A DNA stretch of 64,000 nucleotides from Podarcis tiliguerta. Its lineage: Eukaryota. The translations under genes were made by a program, and so were the position numbers. Below the pieces are notes generated by a model. It saw only the letters and a program-made list of their open reading frames with translations, was not told the origin of the DNA and ran no database searches. The DNA lies in the NCBI GenBank assembly GCA_965153285.1, contig OZ229111.1, one strand, 5' to 3'. Numbering within the stretch: the first letter of the stretch is position 1; every line of letters starts with the position of its first letter. Positions 1 through 11,543 of the stretch are shown piece after piece.

Positions 1-2597
1 TAAGCAGCATCTATAGCATATCAAACATTTTTTATTTTTATTATCAATTTTTAAAATGAAAAGTTCATCATGATTTCAACAGAAAAGGGGAAGGGTGCCA
101 CAGAAAGCGGGGCGGGGTAGGAGAGGCATTTTATGATTTGAGTACGTACAGCCAATTTGTTATTTACAACAACAACAAAACACTGGCAACAAGTGTTCTT
201 GAGGAAAATCATATGCTCAAATAGGTTATTTGCTGGAAGAAGTAAGTAACCTTTATTATCATTTTTGTATTTTTCCTGTACTGTACCTATATATTTTTTA
301 AAAATAAATATTGGGTTGTATTTCATATAGTGCTAAGCAGACTGCTCTATTAGAGCAAGGATTTCTCTTTGTGCAATGGATTGATCTCCCCTTCTCCTCC
401 CACTGGGCGCCTCCTAAATCTGTTATGAAAGTTCCCCCAACTCTCCAGGAAAGATTTGGAGATGGTGCTGGGTTCATGCAGGAGCAGGAGAGGGAAGATA
501 AATCTCCTTGCACGTGCACTCACACAAAAATGAGGTTGAATACCACCCGTGATTTTTGAAACAGAAGTTCAACTAAACTTGATTCTTTGCACCCTTCAGT
601 TGTTTTTCTCCCTGCCTTTTTGCACAGCTCTTTTGAGCTCCTAGGCTCTCTCTGCTAGTCCCCAATACTGTATGTAAATTGGCTTGAGGAGGAAATCTGT
701 TGCAACAACATCCCCTAGTGGCATTTCAGAAGCACAGCAAATTATAGCCATGATCAGTCTGGTTGAAAAGTGGAATGGCAGAGCATAGCATTTTAAGCTT
801 AAAAGCATCATTTTCTATGAGCAGCATATGTACAGGGAAGATAATACGACAGAAATAAAGTCTAAAATATCGGTGGGGAACCTTTGGCCCTCCAGATGTT
901 GCTGAACTACAACTCCCATCATGCTGGAGAGCCAAAGGTTATGGTCTAAGAGATGCTTTCTGCTTCATCAGTACATATAAAGGGACATATAAGCAAGGTG
1001 ATTTTTTTTAGTTCAGAGATGAGGATGCTGTGGCACTCCAGTTTCAGCGCAAGCCAGCGTGGCCAATGGTCTGGGATGAGAAGAGTTGTAATCAAATAAA
1101 ATCTAGAAAAACACAGGTTCTCTGACCCTCGTTTAAATGTCTGTGAGGCATCACATGGTTTCCTCACCAAGAAACAGAGGAAGAAACATGCTTGACTGGA
1201 ACAGAAAAATGACAGCTGTTGTGACATTTCACAATGAAGACAGCTGTTGTCACATCTAAGACAAACCAGCCATAGTTTGTGCTCAGTAAAAAAGCTGCCC
1301 GGAATCCTGAAATATTGGCACACCACTTCCAGGCTCCCTGACTTATACTAATATGATCTTACCTCTGTTTTAGGGACTCAAGTACATATTCTGATATGGT
1401 ACTAAACTAACCCTGAACTTAAAAAGAAAAATGGGTGGATGGAAACAAGAGAATATTAGCCTGAAAGGGACAGACATTGGAGAAGCAAATCAGCTCAATA
1501 TATGCCCTCACCTAATAATAGTCCAAGCAATTCTGGCAGCCTTTACACAATGGTTTGTGAAAAAGCACAAAGCAGTAAGAGCTAGGCTAGCCAAGGCATT
1601 GAGGTGGTGCACTATGGTGGCTCCAGCTGAACCCCAATCTAGCTGAATTACTGGCCCAAGGAAAACCCACATTGGTTTGTTTATTAGACACTCAGATCCT
1701 GGTCCTCCTGGACTATTAGAAATTTGCCAAGGGCCAAATCTACACGATCCTTTCAAGGACAAACAGCAATGTTCAGCAGAAAACCAGGGGCAGGCTCTGA
1801 TGCAGAAGGATGTTCCAGATTGAGTCCCGTGGCTTTTTCCTCAAAGATAAAGGTAAACAGATAGAGCAAAGATAAATCAACACTTGTTTAAACACACAGC
1901 TAACATCACAGGTAGTTTGACCCTGAGTAATACCAGCTCCTACCACTCCATCCGCGACTCATTTCCCACTTCTGCACAACAGTAGCACAATCCACACTAG
2001 AAACCCTCTTCCATCTTTAACTTGCAATATTAGGTAGTATGCCCAAAGGGCAACTGTACTTTCTACCTACTTTCACAGACTGCAGGTGTTTGAAGCATCA
2101 TCAGATCCAAAACAATGGGATGAGCAATAACGGAACAGTATCAAAACCCCTCTTTACCATGGAGGCTGCTTCATGAACCAACTGACATGCTTTTGCAGGG
2201 AGAGTCACACTCCCAGGCAATATCACATGTTAAGAAGCAGCTTCCTCCTAATGTGTCTAACTCATTCCAGGTAGACAGTGAAGTAAGAACGCTGAAAACA
2301 TTTCAATGTGATCCATGCCAAGGGTCGCTTTCCTGTGTAATACCATTTGCCAAGGTAGTAAGATGCCAGTGAAAATGGGCGTGAAACAGCAACAGGGAAC
2401 ACAGCTTAGTTCTGGATTCTGCTGTGCTAAGGCACACCCAACAAAAAAGCAATATAGAAGGAAAAGCTGTGCTCTTCCATGAGTATTAATGCCGCCATGC
2501 TACAGAGGGAGTGAGATAGAAGATTTTCTGCTGAATGCAACAGCTGTGCAGTTTCAACATCAGGAAGCCCGTATCAAAAGCCCTGAATCAAATCCTT

Positions 2598-2603
2598 TTT
2601 ATT
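2598..2603 (-). terminator. EPHX3-like A candidate poly(A) signal
   Basis: AATAAA ~200 nt after the stop, conserved at the homologous position in copy B (15921-15926). Confidence 0.5.
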
Positions 2604-2804
2604 GTAGTCCAAAGAACACAGACTTGCAGCAAAACCAGTTAAAGGCTGCATGGAACTCATGTTCCAATATGGTGTAGAAACATTCCACAGGACACAGGGT
2701 AGGATCAGCTCTCCAGCGTCAGGTCAAATGCCTGCTGTTGTCAGTTCCTGGGTGGGAGGGATGCTTGTAGTGCAGAATGCAGTCACTCCATCTCTCTTTC
2801 CATC

Positions 2805-3024
2805 TCAGTCTCTCTTATGGAGGAAAGCCCACATCAGTTGATTGACTTTTTCAGGTTGCTCCTCACTAACCCAGTGGCTGGCTTCAGGGATGAGCTGCAC
2901 CTTGATGCTCTTCCGCACATTCTGCTCAATACGTGGGATAAGCCCTTGTTCCAGGAATCCATCCTTTCCTCCCCAGATCAGCAGGGTGGGCACCAGAATA
3001 TCCTTGCACTTTGCAGGAACCCAA
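2805..3024 (-). CDS. EPHX3: EPHX3-like A last coding exon (WGGKD...SHWV...HKRD*)
   Basis: 220 nt, TGA at 2807-2805. Confidence 0.9.
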
Positions 3025-6000
3025 CTGTAGGGATATAGATACACAGGCCAGATGGCACTTTGTTCAGCCTTCACAATGTTTACTTACCTGTTTATTTTTG
3101 TGTGTTTTGTGATCTTCCACATGACATGAAAGGTACTGCTGGACATCTAGTGCACTCTAGCAGAAGTTTAGAGCTCATTTCCATGTTAATGTTTTCCAAA
3201 AAAACCCAAAACCTGTTTGCAACCCCGTTAACTGAGAAAATCACTAGGAGTTTTGCATTGATAAGATTTGGGGTGCTATCCTGGCATACAGTTTCCCCCC
3301 ACCATTTAAAATGTAGCGTGACATGGTGCCATATCACTCAAAAAGCCACAGTTACATAATGCAACCGAGATACTGCAGTGTAAAAGGATCATTAGCAACT
3401 AGGAGAGAAGCACTAGCATTATAACCAACAAAACAAACACAATAAACCCCACATCTGAATGCAGCCACAGAGAAGACACCTGCAAATCTGCACTGGACAG
3501 CAGGCAACTCACCACTTTGGCCACTTACCCAAGTTGCGGCCAACCCTACCACTTTCCACACTAGCAGGCGTCATGCACAGCAGTGATGAGAAAAATCAAT
3601 AGAAATCCAGAAAGACAGCATGCCCACACTTCAGTTCCAATTCTAGAACCCAACCTTTCCCATTTCATCATAAATTACAATATCTCAGAATCCCCTTCAG
3701 AACAGTCACAGGATTTCCTCATCCCCCTTTCCCACCATTTAGACATATATTTTAGGGAGGAAGAGTGTTTTGTCCGCCTGCATCACATAATCCAGTGAAG
3801 AATGTTGTGACCTCTCCAAATATTATGACTAGAAAATTCCTGCTGCCAAACAAGTCCCACCCACCTCCGAGGGAAAAGCCTGAATGTACTGGTGCACCAC
3901 AACTGAGGAAAAGCATATGGTGCCAATACCACACGTGAGCAAATCTGGGGAGGAATGGGTTCTCACGTGGACAGGTTCCTGTAGTAATTCAGGACTGGTG
4001 TTAAACCTCCACACTTTGACAGGCTGTACAGGTAAGCCTCTAGCTCCTCATCTGTCAAACGGCGTGCTGGGTTCTGGGCTCCTGTCTTCTTGCCAGTCAT
4101 AATGAATTTTATTAGCTGTAGGGGAAAAAAGACACAGCACCATGTGGAAGCTGATTAAATGCAGACCCCATTTTCTGACCGAGAGGCAGCTCATGCCATT
4201 TTTATATATTTAGCCTCCCTTAGTCTTCCACAAAGTACCTTTGCGGGGGAAAGGAGGAAGCAGCATTGTCTCTTTCCCCCTATCCCTTTCAGCTGGCCCT
4301 GATCCTCAAAGAGGATTAGACATATGCATTGACATTGAGGGTACGGCTTTCGAATGGCTAGGAGCCAGTATGGCTATGCTCTGCCACCACAGATGGAGGA
4401 AGCATGCCTCTGGACGCCAGATGCTGGAAAGTGCAGGAGGGGAGAGTGCTATTGTGCTTAGGTTCTGCTTTGGGGCTTTGCATAGGCACATGGCTGGTCG
4501 CTATGAGAACAGGATGCAGGACTGTGTTTTGGACTACAGTTTAAGCCTTTCCCAGCACTCATCTCCACACTGACTAAAAAACTTTCGTATGATACATTTT
4601 TGTATGGCAAGCGGCAGGGAGGAGAATGGATGGGGAAGTGAAGAAATAAGCAAAGAAGGTCATAGTCCTCCCTCCCTCTGGCAGCACTAGAACATGTCAT
4701 AGCTTGCCATGGCCTCTTCATCCCAGATTCTAGGTAATAATCTCGCCACATCAATACCCAGTGCTTTTCTTCTGGGGGGACGCAAGGGTATGCATATCCT
4801 AAACATTTTGTGAATCTTTGTACTTTTGTCCATTTACTGTATTTATTTCTCCTAATTTGAACTATAAAATTGTGATTTTATTGAGTCAAAATGAGAGTAC
4901 CCCTAAACACCTTTTTAGGAAAAAAAGCATTGTCAATAGCTTAGAAGTAAACTTTAAAAGCCAGGCCATGTATACATAAAGCTAGGCAGGTGGGAGAAGA
5001 CACAGGATTATGCATTTTATGAACCAAGACAGAGAGCCCAGTGCATGACCTTGGATGAAGGGCAGTATAGAATTTTTAGAAATAATAGTAATAATAACCC
5101 TGCACCCAGAGCTGAAAGGAGACTGACAGAGAAATTTGGGATGAATACATAAAACACAGTTGAGAACTGTATTTTAGGATTGTGGAAGAGAACCATTAGT
5201 CCCCAGAGCAGAATAAAATGATTGGACCCTTTGGTTAATCTGCATGACAGAACATGAGCTTTTGAACCCACTCCCCAACCATTCCCTCAACTCACGTAAA
5301 AGTCATTTAAGGACCACAGGAACTCTGGTAGCTTTGGGAGCTGGAACAGAAACATGTGGTTGGATCGCAGCAGCTGGGTGGGATGTCGTGGAAAATATTC
5401 TGCAAGGTTGAAGGGAAAATAAGTTGTGTGTCAGGGCAGTGCCAATTTCTCCACACATGAAATGCCACCAGATACTGCGCAGTATTCAACTATGTTTCAG
5501 TTAGAGCAAACCCACTGAAATTAGTGAATGTGAATAAGTTACCGGTAGTTCCATTCATTTCAACAGGTGCACTCTATGTAAAACTTAGTTGAATGCCACT
5601 CTCAGAAACCAATCTTCAAAATAAAATGAAAGATGCCAACTGGAGTTGTTTCCTATTTTCCCCTAACATCTGCATCAACTTCCAGTCCAAGCAATGAGGG
5701 CAGGGAGGATCGTTTTGTGTTTTTTTTTAGAAACCCCTGCTGCCAGGCTCCCATTTATTCACAAGCAATGCTTGTGTCTTGGGATTGGGAACTTGAGCAA
5801 AGCAGACAACCTCCTTCCCACTTCCTCCCAAAAGATCTGTGGTGTGAAATGATGGCCCACCCTGACTCTGCATCCTAAGGGCAATGCAGTCATGGTGGCC
5901 TTTTACACTTCCGCTGGCTTCTCTCTTCCATCCGCAATCCTGTTTAGAGCTAGAAAATGCCAATAGCCATGGTGAGAACCAAAATCATGGGACTTACCTA

Positions 6001-8035
6001 ATAAAACATGTGGTTGAACAGCATCCATGACAATCAGCTTCTCCAGCATATTGGGGTAACTAGCAGCAAATGCAAAAGCTATGATTCCTCCCCAGTTATG
6101 CCCCACCAGGATGCACTTAGGAATCTCTATAAAGAACAAATAGAAAGCAATGAAACAGAGACAATGGGCTGTATTCAGTGCTTATCATACTCAAAATAGA
6201 CCAAGTGAAGTTCATGGGCATGAGTAACTTAGGTTCATAATTTCAGTGGGTCTACTTTGAGTTGGACACAACCTATCATGGACAAGTAAGTATCTGCCTA
6301 TGGGAAGCTACAAGCCTGCTAGATAATTTCCCAAACTCACATACCAGTTCATCCCCACAATGCTCCATTCAGCACCCATGCAACACTTCTGAAAGCTTAG
6401 CAAGACTGAGCAGAGGGCATTTTCCTCCCATTGCTAGAAGGCAAGCCACTGCAATGGCAACCCAGACCCTTCCTCCAAAACAACCATTTCCACTCTTACC
6501 ATTCTTCTTATTGGGGCTCAGAGCTTCAATGACATCATGTACATCTGCCAGCAGAGCATCCCTCTGATAGTGCTCACAACCAGCTGGTGCGTCGGAAAAG
6601 CCATAGCCCCGCAAATCGAGGGCCACCACCTTATAGGCCCACTTAAATTCCTGCAATTGATGGCGCCATGCAAACCTGTTGAAATACAGCCAAACCATAA
6701 AGGGATAAGTAGAGAGGAGGGCTTCCCTACCTGAAAATTGCAGGACATTGGTGCCTACTTTTGTTGTGTTGCTTTAGTCCTGCTCTGTAACTTCTACAGT
6801 TTTTGCTGCTCGGTTTGTTTATTATTTGTTACAAAGGTTGCTGGTTTGAACTATACTGTGTACAAATGATTTTATCAATGCTTATTGTACACTAACCTAG
6901 GATCTTTAGATGAAAGACAATTTAAAGGTATTTTTATTAAATATAACTATTCGCCTCCTTTCGTTTCCTCACCGTCTAAAAATCAAGAAACCCCCACCAA
7001 GCTTTTGCTTAATTTATCATGACCTCTTTTACATTTGTTAAAACTGTAAGTCTACTGTAAATCATGTTGCTTCTGATTCTATGCAGCATAAGGTCAACAC
7101 TAAAAAAAAGTTGTATTAATTACAATTTAATGATGAAGGCCTTATGGTCATTCACCATGAGAGGATAGCAGCAATCAAGTCCCTTCCTTTGGGAAGTTAA
7201 TATTTCTGTCTACGGCCTTTGCCCCAACTTTGCAGGAATTTGCTGGCCAGAAAGGTATTACATGACATGTTGGCTGACAGATCTGTGGCCTATCACTTCC
7301 TGCATGAACCACACCTGGAGTAAACTGATATCAGCTCCAGTCATTGCACTTCTTCCTACTGCCACACAGCACAGCGACACTTACCAGTTCTGGGGAAATC
7401 CATGCAAGAAAAGCATCAGCTGAGCTCCTTCCTTGCCAGCAGCAACATAATGGAGACGCAGCCCTGAGTTCTTGAGCCCCCAAAGGACAGAGAAATAGGA
7501 CAGTTACACACAGACAAGAGCTCAGTGATAGTGACAGGTTCACAATATGCGACATTTCCTGTTAAGAGACAGCTGAGGGGAAACACTCTTTGCCCCTAAG
7601 ACTTTGAAGAACAGCTGTTGGTCACCATTGAAAATATCAGGGTAGAGGGACAAATAGTTTGACCTGGCAATAAGCAGCTTCCTATGTTCCTCCCAAGCTG
7701 TAAAATACATGACCAGGGTCCTGCCTTCAGCAGCTGTCTGTGAGCACCTGGCTATGGCTGGAAGCCTCCCCCTTCCCCTCCACTGTACTCACTTTTAGTG
7801 TCACAAAGCCGTGCTCCCCATGCGAGGCATCAGTGAGGCATCTTGGTGGAGTCTCCCGTCTCTTCTTGCGCAGCACCTGGAAAGGACCCCTAGACACCAC
7901 TAGTGATAGGGCCCACCAACAGTAGAAGGCAGCAGAAAGGAAAGCGGCACTATACACAACCAGCCAGGACACGGCATTAGAGACCTTCAGCATCAGGCGT
8001 GTGGGGATCAGTAAGAGGCGATAGAGAGAGGCCAT
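2805..8035 (-). CDS. EPHX3: EPHX3-like epoxide hydrolase, tandem copy A (368 aa, non-canonical active site)
   Basis: Seven GT-AG exons with matching phases: 8035-7793, 7470-7385, 6675-6500, 6126-5998, 5399-5296, 4115-3967, 3024-2805 (1107 nt). N-terminal hydrophobic anchor; motifs [35 protein letters not shown]. Lies downstream of BRD4, as mammalian EPHX3 does. Confidence 0.92.
3967..4115 (-). CDS. EPHX3: EPHX3-like A coding exon 6 (LIKFIM...LNYYRNLS)
   Basis: 149 nt, acceptor cctacag, donor GTGAGA. Confidence 0.9.
4759..4932. mobile_element. hAT-type MITE in an EPHX3-A intron
   Basis: TIR CAGTGCTTTT / AAAAGCATTG, 8-bp TSD TCAATACC/TCAATAGC. Confidence 0.75.
5296..5399 (-). CDS. EPHX3: EPHX3-like A coding exon 5 ([11 protein letters not shown])
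   Basis: 104 nt, acceptor ttgcag, donor GTGAGT; not represented in this frame in the ORF track. Confidence 0.9.
5998..6126 (-). CDS. EPHX3: EPHX3-like A coding exon 4 (nucleophile elbow GHNWG)
   Basis: 129 nt, donor GTAAGT. Confidence 0.9.
6500..6675 (-). CDS. EPHX3: EPHX3-like A coding exon 3
   Basis: 176 nt, FAWRHQ...DLRGYGFSD...ALSPNKKN, donor GTAAGA. Confidence 0.88.
7385..7470 (-). CDS. EPHX3: EPHX3-like A coding exon 2 ([12 protein letters not shown]...HGFPQNW)
   Basis: 86 nt, HGFP oxyanion motif, donor GTAAGT. Confidence 0.9.
7793..8035 (-). CDS. EPHX3: EPHX3-like A coding exon 1 (MASLYR...VTLK)
   Basis: ATG at 8035, upstream acceptor ttgcag (exon starts 8054), donor GTGAGT; 243 nt coding. 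Confidence 0.88.
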
Positions 8036-9229
8036 CCCCTCCTGTTGTTTGGGGCTGCAAGAGAGAGGCTGCAGTTCAGAAGAAAGAGAACATGCTTTGC
8101 ATCCCAAATTCAATGTCTGGCATTTACAAGTAGAGCTGGGCAAGAACCCTCCCCAAGAGCTGCTTCTAATTAATGTAGACCAGGGGTGGGGAACCTCAGG
8201 TCCACTGGGCAAAAGCCCTGTGAGACTTTCCTGGGCCACTGCCACTTTTCTTGGTGTGTAGAATTGTCTGTAGAAACATCTCACTTTTGCATCGTTAGAA
8301 TGCAACCTTTTCCCTCTTCTGTATGCACCAGTGTTATGCAGCCTAAGAAAGGTTACTAGCTGCTGTAGTCAGTCCTGGGGCAGATAAACCAATGCTCTGA
8401 CTTGCTCTACGGCTGAGGATACACCAGAGTGTTAATGCATGCATGGAATGCACAGATCCTATCTTTTCCTCTGTGCACTTTTGTCCATACAAGAGCACTT
8501 TTAAGTGAACTCCATCTCAGCCTTTACCATCACCACTAGTGGGCAGTGCTTGATGGAATATATTTGCACTGTTTGTTGTCGTCCCCTGTCTTAATTAGTA
8601 CTTCCCTACCCTCCTTCCCTGAGTTGTGGAAACCTGAGGTCCATTGTGGGCATACATGAAAGTATTTGTTTATTTTTAGATACAAGCTTTTGGATATACC
8701 AGACTTGCACAAAACACTGTTGGAAAAATGTAAAAAGTGTGTTCCCAAACAGCCCCACCAGCAGCCCACCAAGAAGCACCTCTCACTAACTGAAGTAAAG
8801 GGAGGGCGCTATGACAGATGGCACCCAGCAAAAGTTACCACACCCCTTTTAAAAAATGCCCACACAATGTGCTTCAGTACACCTATGGCTGGGATCATAC
8901 AGGTCTATGTTGGATCACCACCCTTAGTGCATTATCCACAGAATAGACAAATCTTAACTAAAGGGGGGGGAGTGCAGGTTGCCACTTGGATGAGGACAAC
9001 ATTGTGCAAATGTGACAATTATGCACACGTGATACTGAACCCACTTTAAACTGCACTCCAAAACATTTGCCCACGTATGTGCACATAAAATAGAAGACCT
9101 AACTGAAAGGCAACACGTTGGGATCTGAACGCATTGTTACAACGCACCCTAATAATGATTCTTGTATATATTTTTTAGTTACTGTAAAATCTTAGAAGGG
9201 GCGTGGCTGTTATGAGGACCTTGCACTTC

Positions 9230-10000
9230 GGGATCTGCCACGACACTACCGGTTGCAAGTCCTTTCTCAGAAGACCAGAAACTCGGACTCAGCCGCGTTA
9301 CAAACGGGAGTCCTGCCACGGGAGGCACGACGCGTGTCCATAGGAACTCAACCGAGTTCCAACCGAGCAAACTCTCGGTATCCAGCAAACCCAAGCAGGA
9401 GTGCTCGCCTGCTGACACGGCTGGGTTCTTGGCTGCCTTTGGATAAAGCGGTGGGGCTCCCAAGCTGAGATAGTCAATGGCGCGGGCAACCGAAACTCTC
9501 TCTCTCGGTACCTCAAGGAGCGGGGAGCCACTCGACGCCGCCCGGGCGCGTTCAATCTCCCCCTGCTCCCGCGACCCACTCGCTCCGGCTTCCGTTTTAT
9601 AAAGGCAGCGCCGCCCCTCCAGCTCCTCCCCGCCCGCCAAGGGAAGACGCGGCGGCACGGCGAGGGAGCAGCAGCGCTTCCTACCCCGCCTCCCGGGGCC
9701 TCCTGCTCCTTCCGCGGCTGCTTCGGGCGCAGAGCTCCGCCCGTCGGAGCGACCAGGAAGGCGAATGGGTTTCGGCCGACCAGGCCTCTCTCCGGCGGAG
9801 GGACGACAAGCCCGCTCAGGGACGGGGGCGGCTCTCGTCCACAGCTGCTCCCCCCACCTGCCCGCCTGCTTGATCTCGAGGGCCCGCCGAGAGAGCGAGC
9901 GCCCAGGGAGCCAGGTCTGGAGGGTCCGGGCGCAGGGCCGGATCTCACCCAAAGGAGACCCCGCCTCCTACAAGTCAGGCACGGCGGCAAGAATCATAGA
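9230..10000 (-). promoter_or_regulatory. CpG-island promoter of EPHX3-like A with TATA box
   Basis: CpG-rich; TATAAAA at 9601-9595 (minus); GC boxes; possible non-coding exon 1 donor GAG|GTACCG at 9512/9511; homologous to 21680-22000. Confidence 0.7.
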
Positions 10001-10279
10001 GATGGAAGGGACCACGAGGGTCATCTAGTCCACACACACCCCGCCATGCAGGAATATTTTGCCCAATGTGGGGCTCGAACCCACAGTTTGGAGTTTTGGG
10101 CTTTTGGAAACCTCGGACGGTCAGAGGAAGGCGAGATGGCCCCTGCCCCTGACACATAAATGACCTCTTTTAACTCGGCTGCAAAGCTATGCTTACCACC
10201 CCACATATTCACGCACCGGATCATCAGAGTCTCTTTGAACTGTCCATGATCAGGGAAGGGAACAACCCGCTTTTCGGGT

Positions 10280-10442
10280 AGGTACCTTTGAAACACATTC
10301 TTTCCCTCCCACCTGAAAGAATTCTGGGCGCTGTAGTTTGTTAAGGGCTGCTGGGAATTGTAACTCTGGATTGAGTAAACTACAGTACCCAGAATGCTTT
10401 GAGGGAAAGGATGTGCTTTGAATGTGCTTTAAAGGTATAGTG
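10280..10442. repeat. Palindromic non-autonomous element
   Basis: TACCTTT..ACACATT / AATGTGCTTTAAAGGTA termini and inner CTGTAGTTT / AAACTACAG inverted pair. Confidence 0.5.
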
Positions 10443-11245
10443 GGCGATAGTTAGAGCCACTCACCTCTACAGCTGAAATGATACCGAAGTATTTTATTGG
10501 TAATATAATGTAAGGACACAAAACTACAACTTGACAATAAACAAAACATTTCTCTAACTAAACTGTATGCTAGCTGAGATTTCCTACAGGCAAGCTGCAA
10601 GACAACTGAGATTACTTTGGAAGCTGAGGCGCTTGGTGGGGATACAACGGGCTAGGTGGTCTGGTGGTGCACTTAAAAATGGTGATAAGTGAAGAGAAGA
10701 GGAGAGGAGCCTGTTGGCCTAAGTGGGCAAAGGATGGCAACCTAGGCTTTGGTTTAAGGTTGGTACTTGGGTGGGAGGAACAGGGTTTTGTTTTATTTCA
10801 GCAGGCAAAAACTCAGCAGTTAGTCTTTTTTGTGTGCAAATAACAATACTGCGAAAAGCTTCACCATGCCTTTGAGTTCCTTAGAGGAGAGAGGGAATAT
10901 AATGGTAATAAATAAATGATTCTCTCTCTAGCTTTGTGTTATGCCACGCCTCCATGGCACTCATTTTCTAACTGGTGCCCCACAGCACTCGCTCTCAAAA
11001 TTCAGAATGCGCCCATGGGCCAAAAGACGTTTGCGACCTTTGCTCTACTTACTGCGTCACACTTGCTCTCTCTTTTCAGTCATATTCCATCTGCTAAGGA
11101 AGCAACCTCTGTACAGAGGACTCCTCTAGTCTTTTTATTTCTGTTATCTTTTTGCTTCCTTCACCATCTCCTTTCTTCTTCTCTCTCTTCAATCACTTCT
11201 CCCTGTGGGACTTTCAATTATGTTATGCCAAGCAAATACCTAGAG

Positions 11246-11543
11246 CAGGGGTCGGCAAGGTTTACCTCACCTGGGCTGGTTCACTCCAGCGGAGATCCCT
11301 CTGTGGGCCGGATCGTGCACATGCCTGCGATTTCTGGCGTCTGCATCTGTGCAGACACGATTTTTGGCATCTGCGCACGCGTGGTTTCCAGCACAGCGGA
11401 AGCGAATCCTTGTGCTGCGCCAGTTTAGCGTAGCACATGGGGACTCACCAAGCGGGCGGCTCAGTTCGGGGGCGGCTCAGGGGCTAGTTAAACAACCCCC
11501 TTGGGCCCCTTGTGGCCCATGGGCCTCAGGTTGCCGACCCCTG
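11246..11543. mobile_element. hAT-type MITE
   Basis: TIR CAGGGGTCGGCAA, perfect 8-bp TSD ACCTAGAG. Confidence 0.88.

Noticed and set aside
2805-8035. Calling EPHX3-A a pseudogene
   Set aside because: It has no frameshift or premature stop, and all splice sites, the TATA/CpG promoter and the poly(A) signal are intact.
8036-8305. 90-aa N-terminal extension of EPHX3-A (and 41-aa in copy B)
   Set aside because: A conserved splice acceptor lies 19 nt upstream of the ATG in both copies, so the extension is intronic.
9179-9990. 257-aa and 230-aa minus-strand ORFs
   Set aside because: They fall in a GC-rich CpG island where stop codons are rare, have Arg/Pro/Gly-biased sequence and no recognisable domain, and the paralogous promoter does not preserve the frame.
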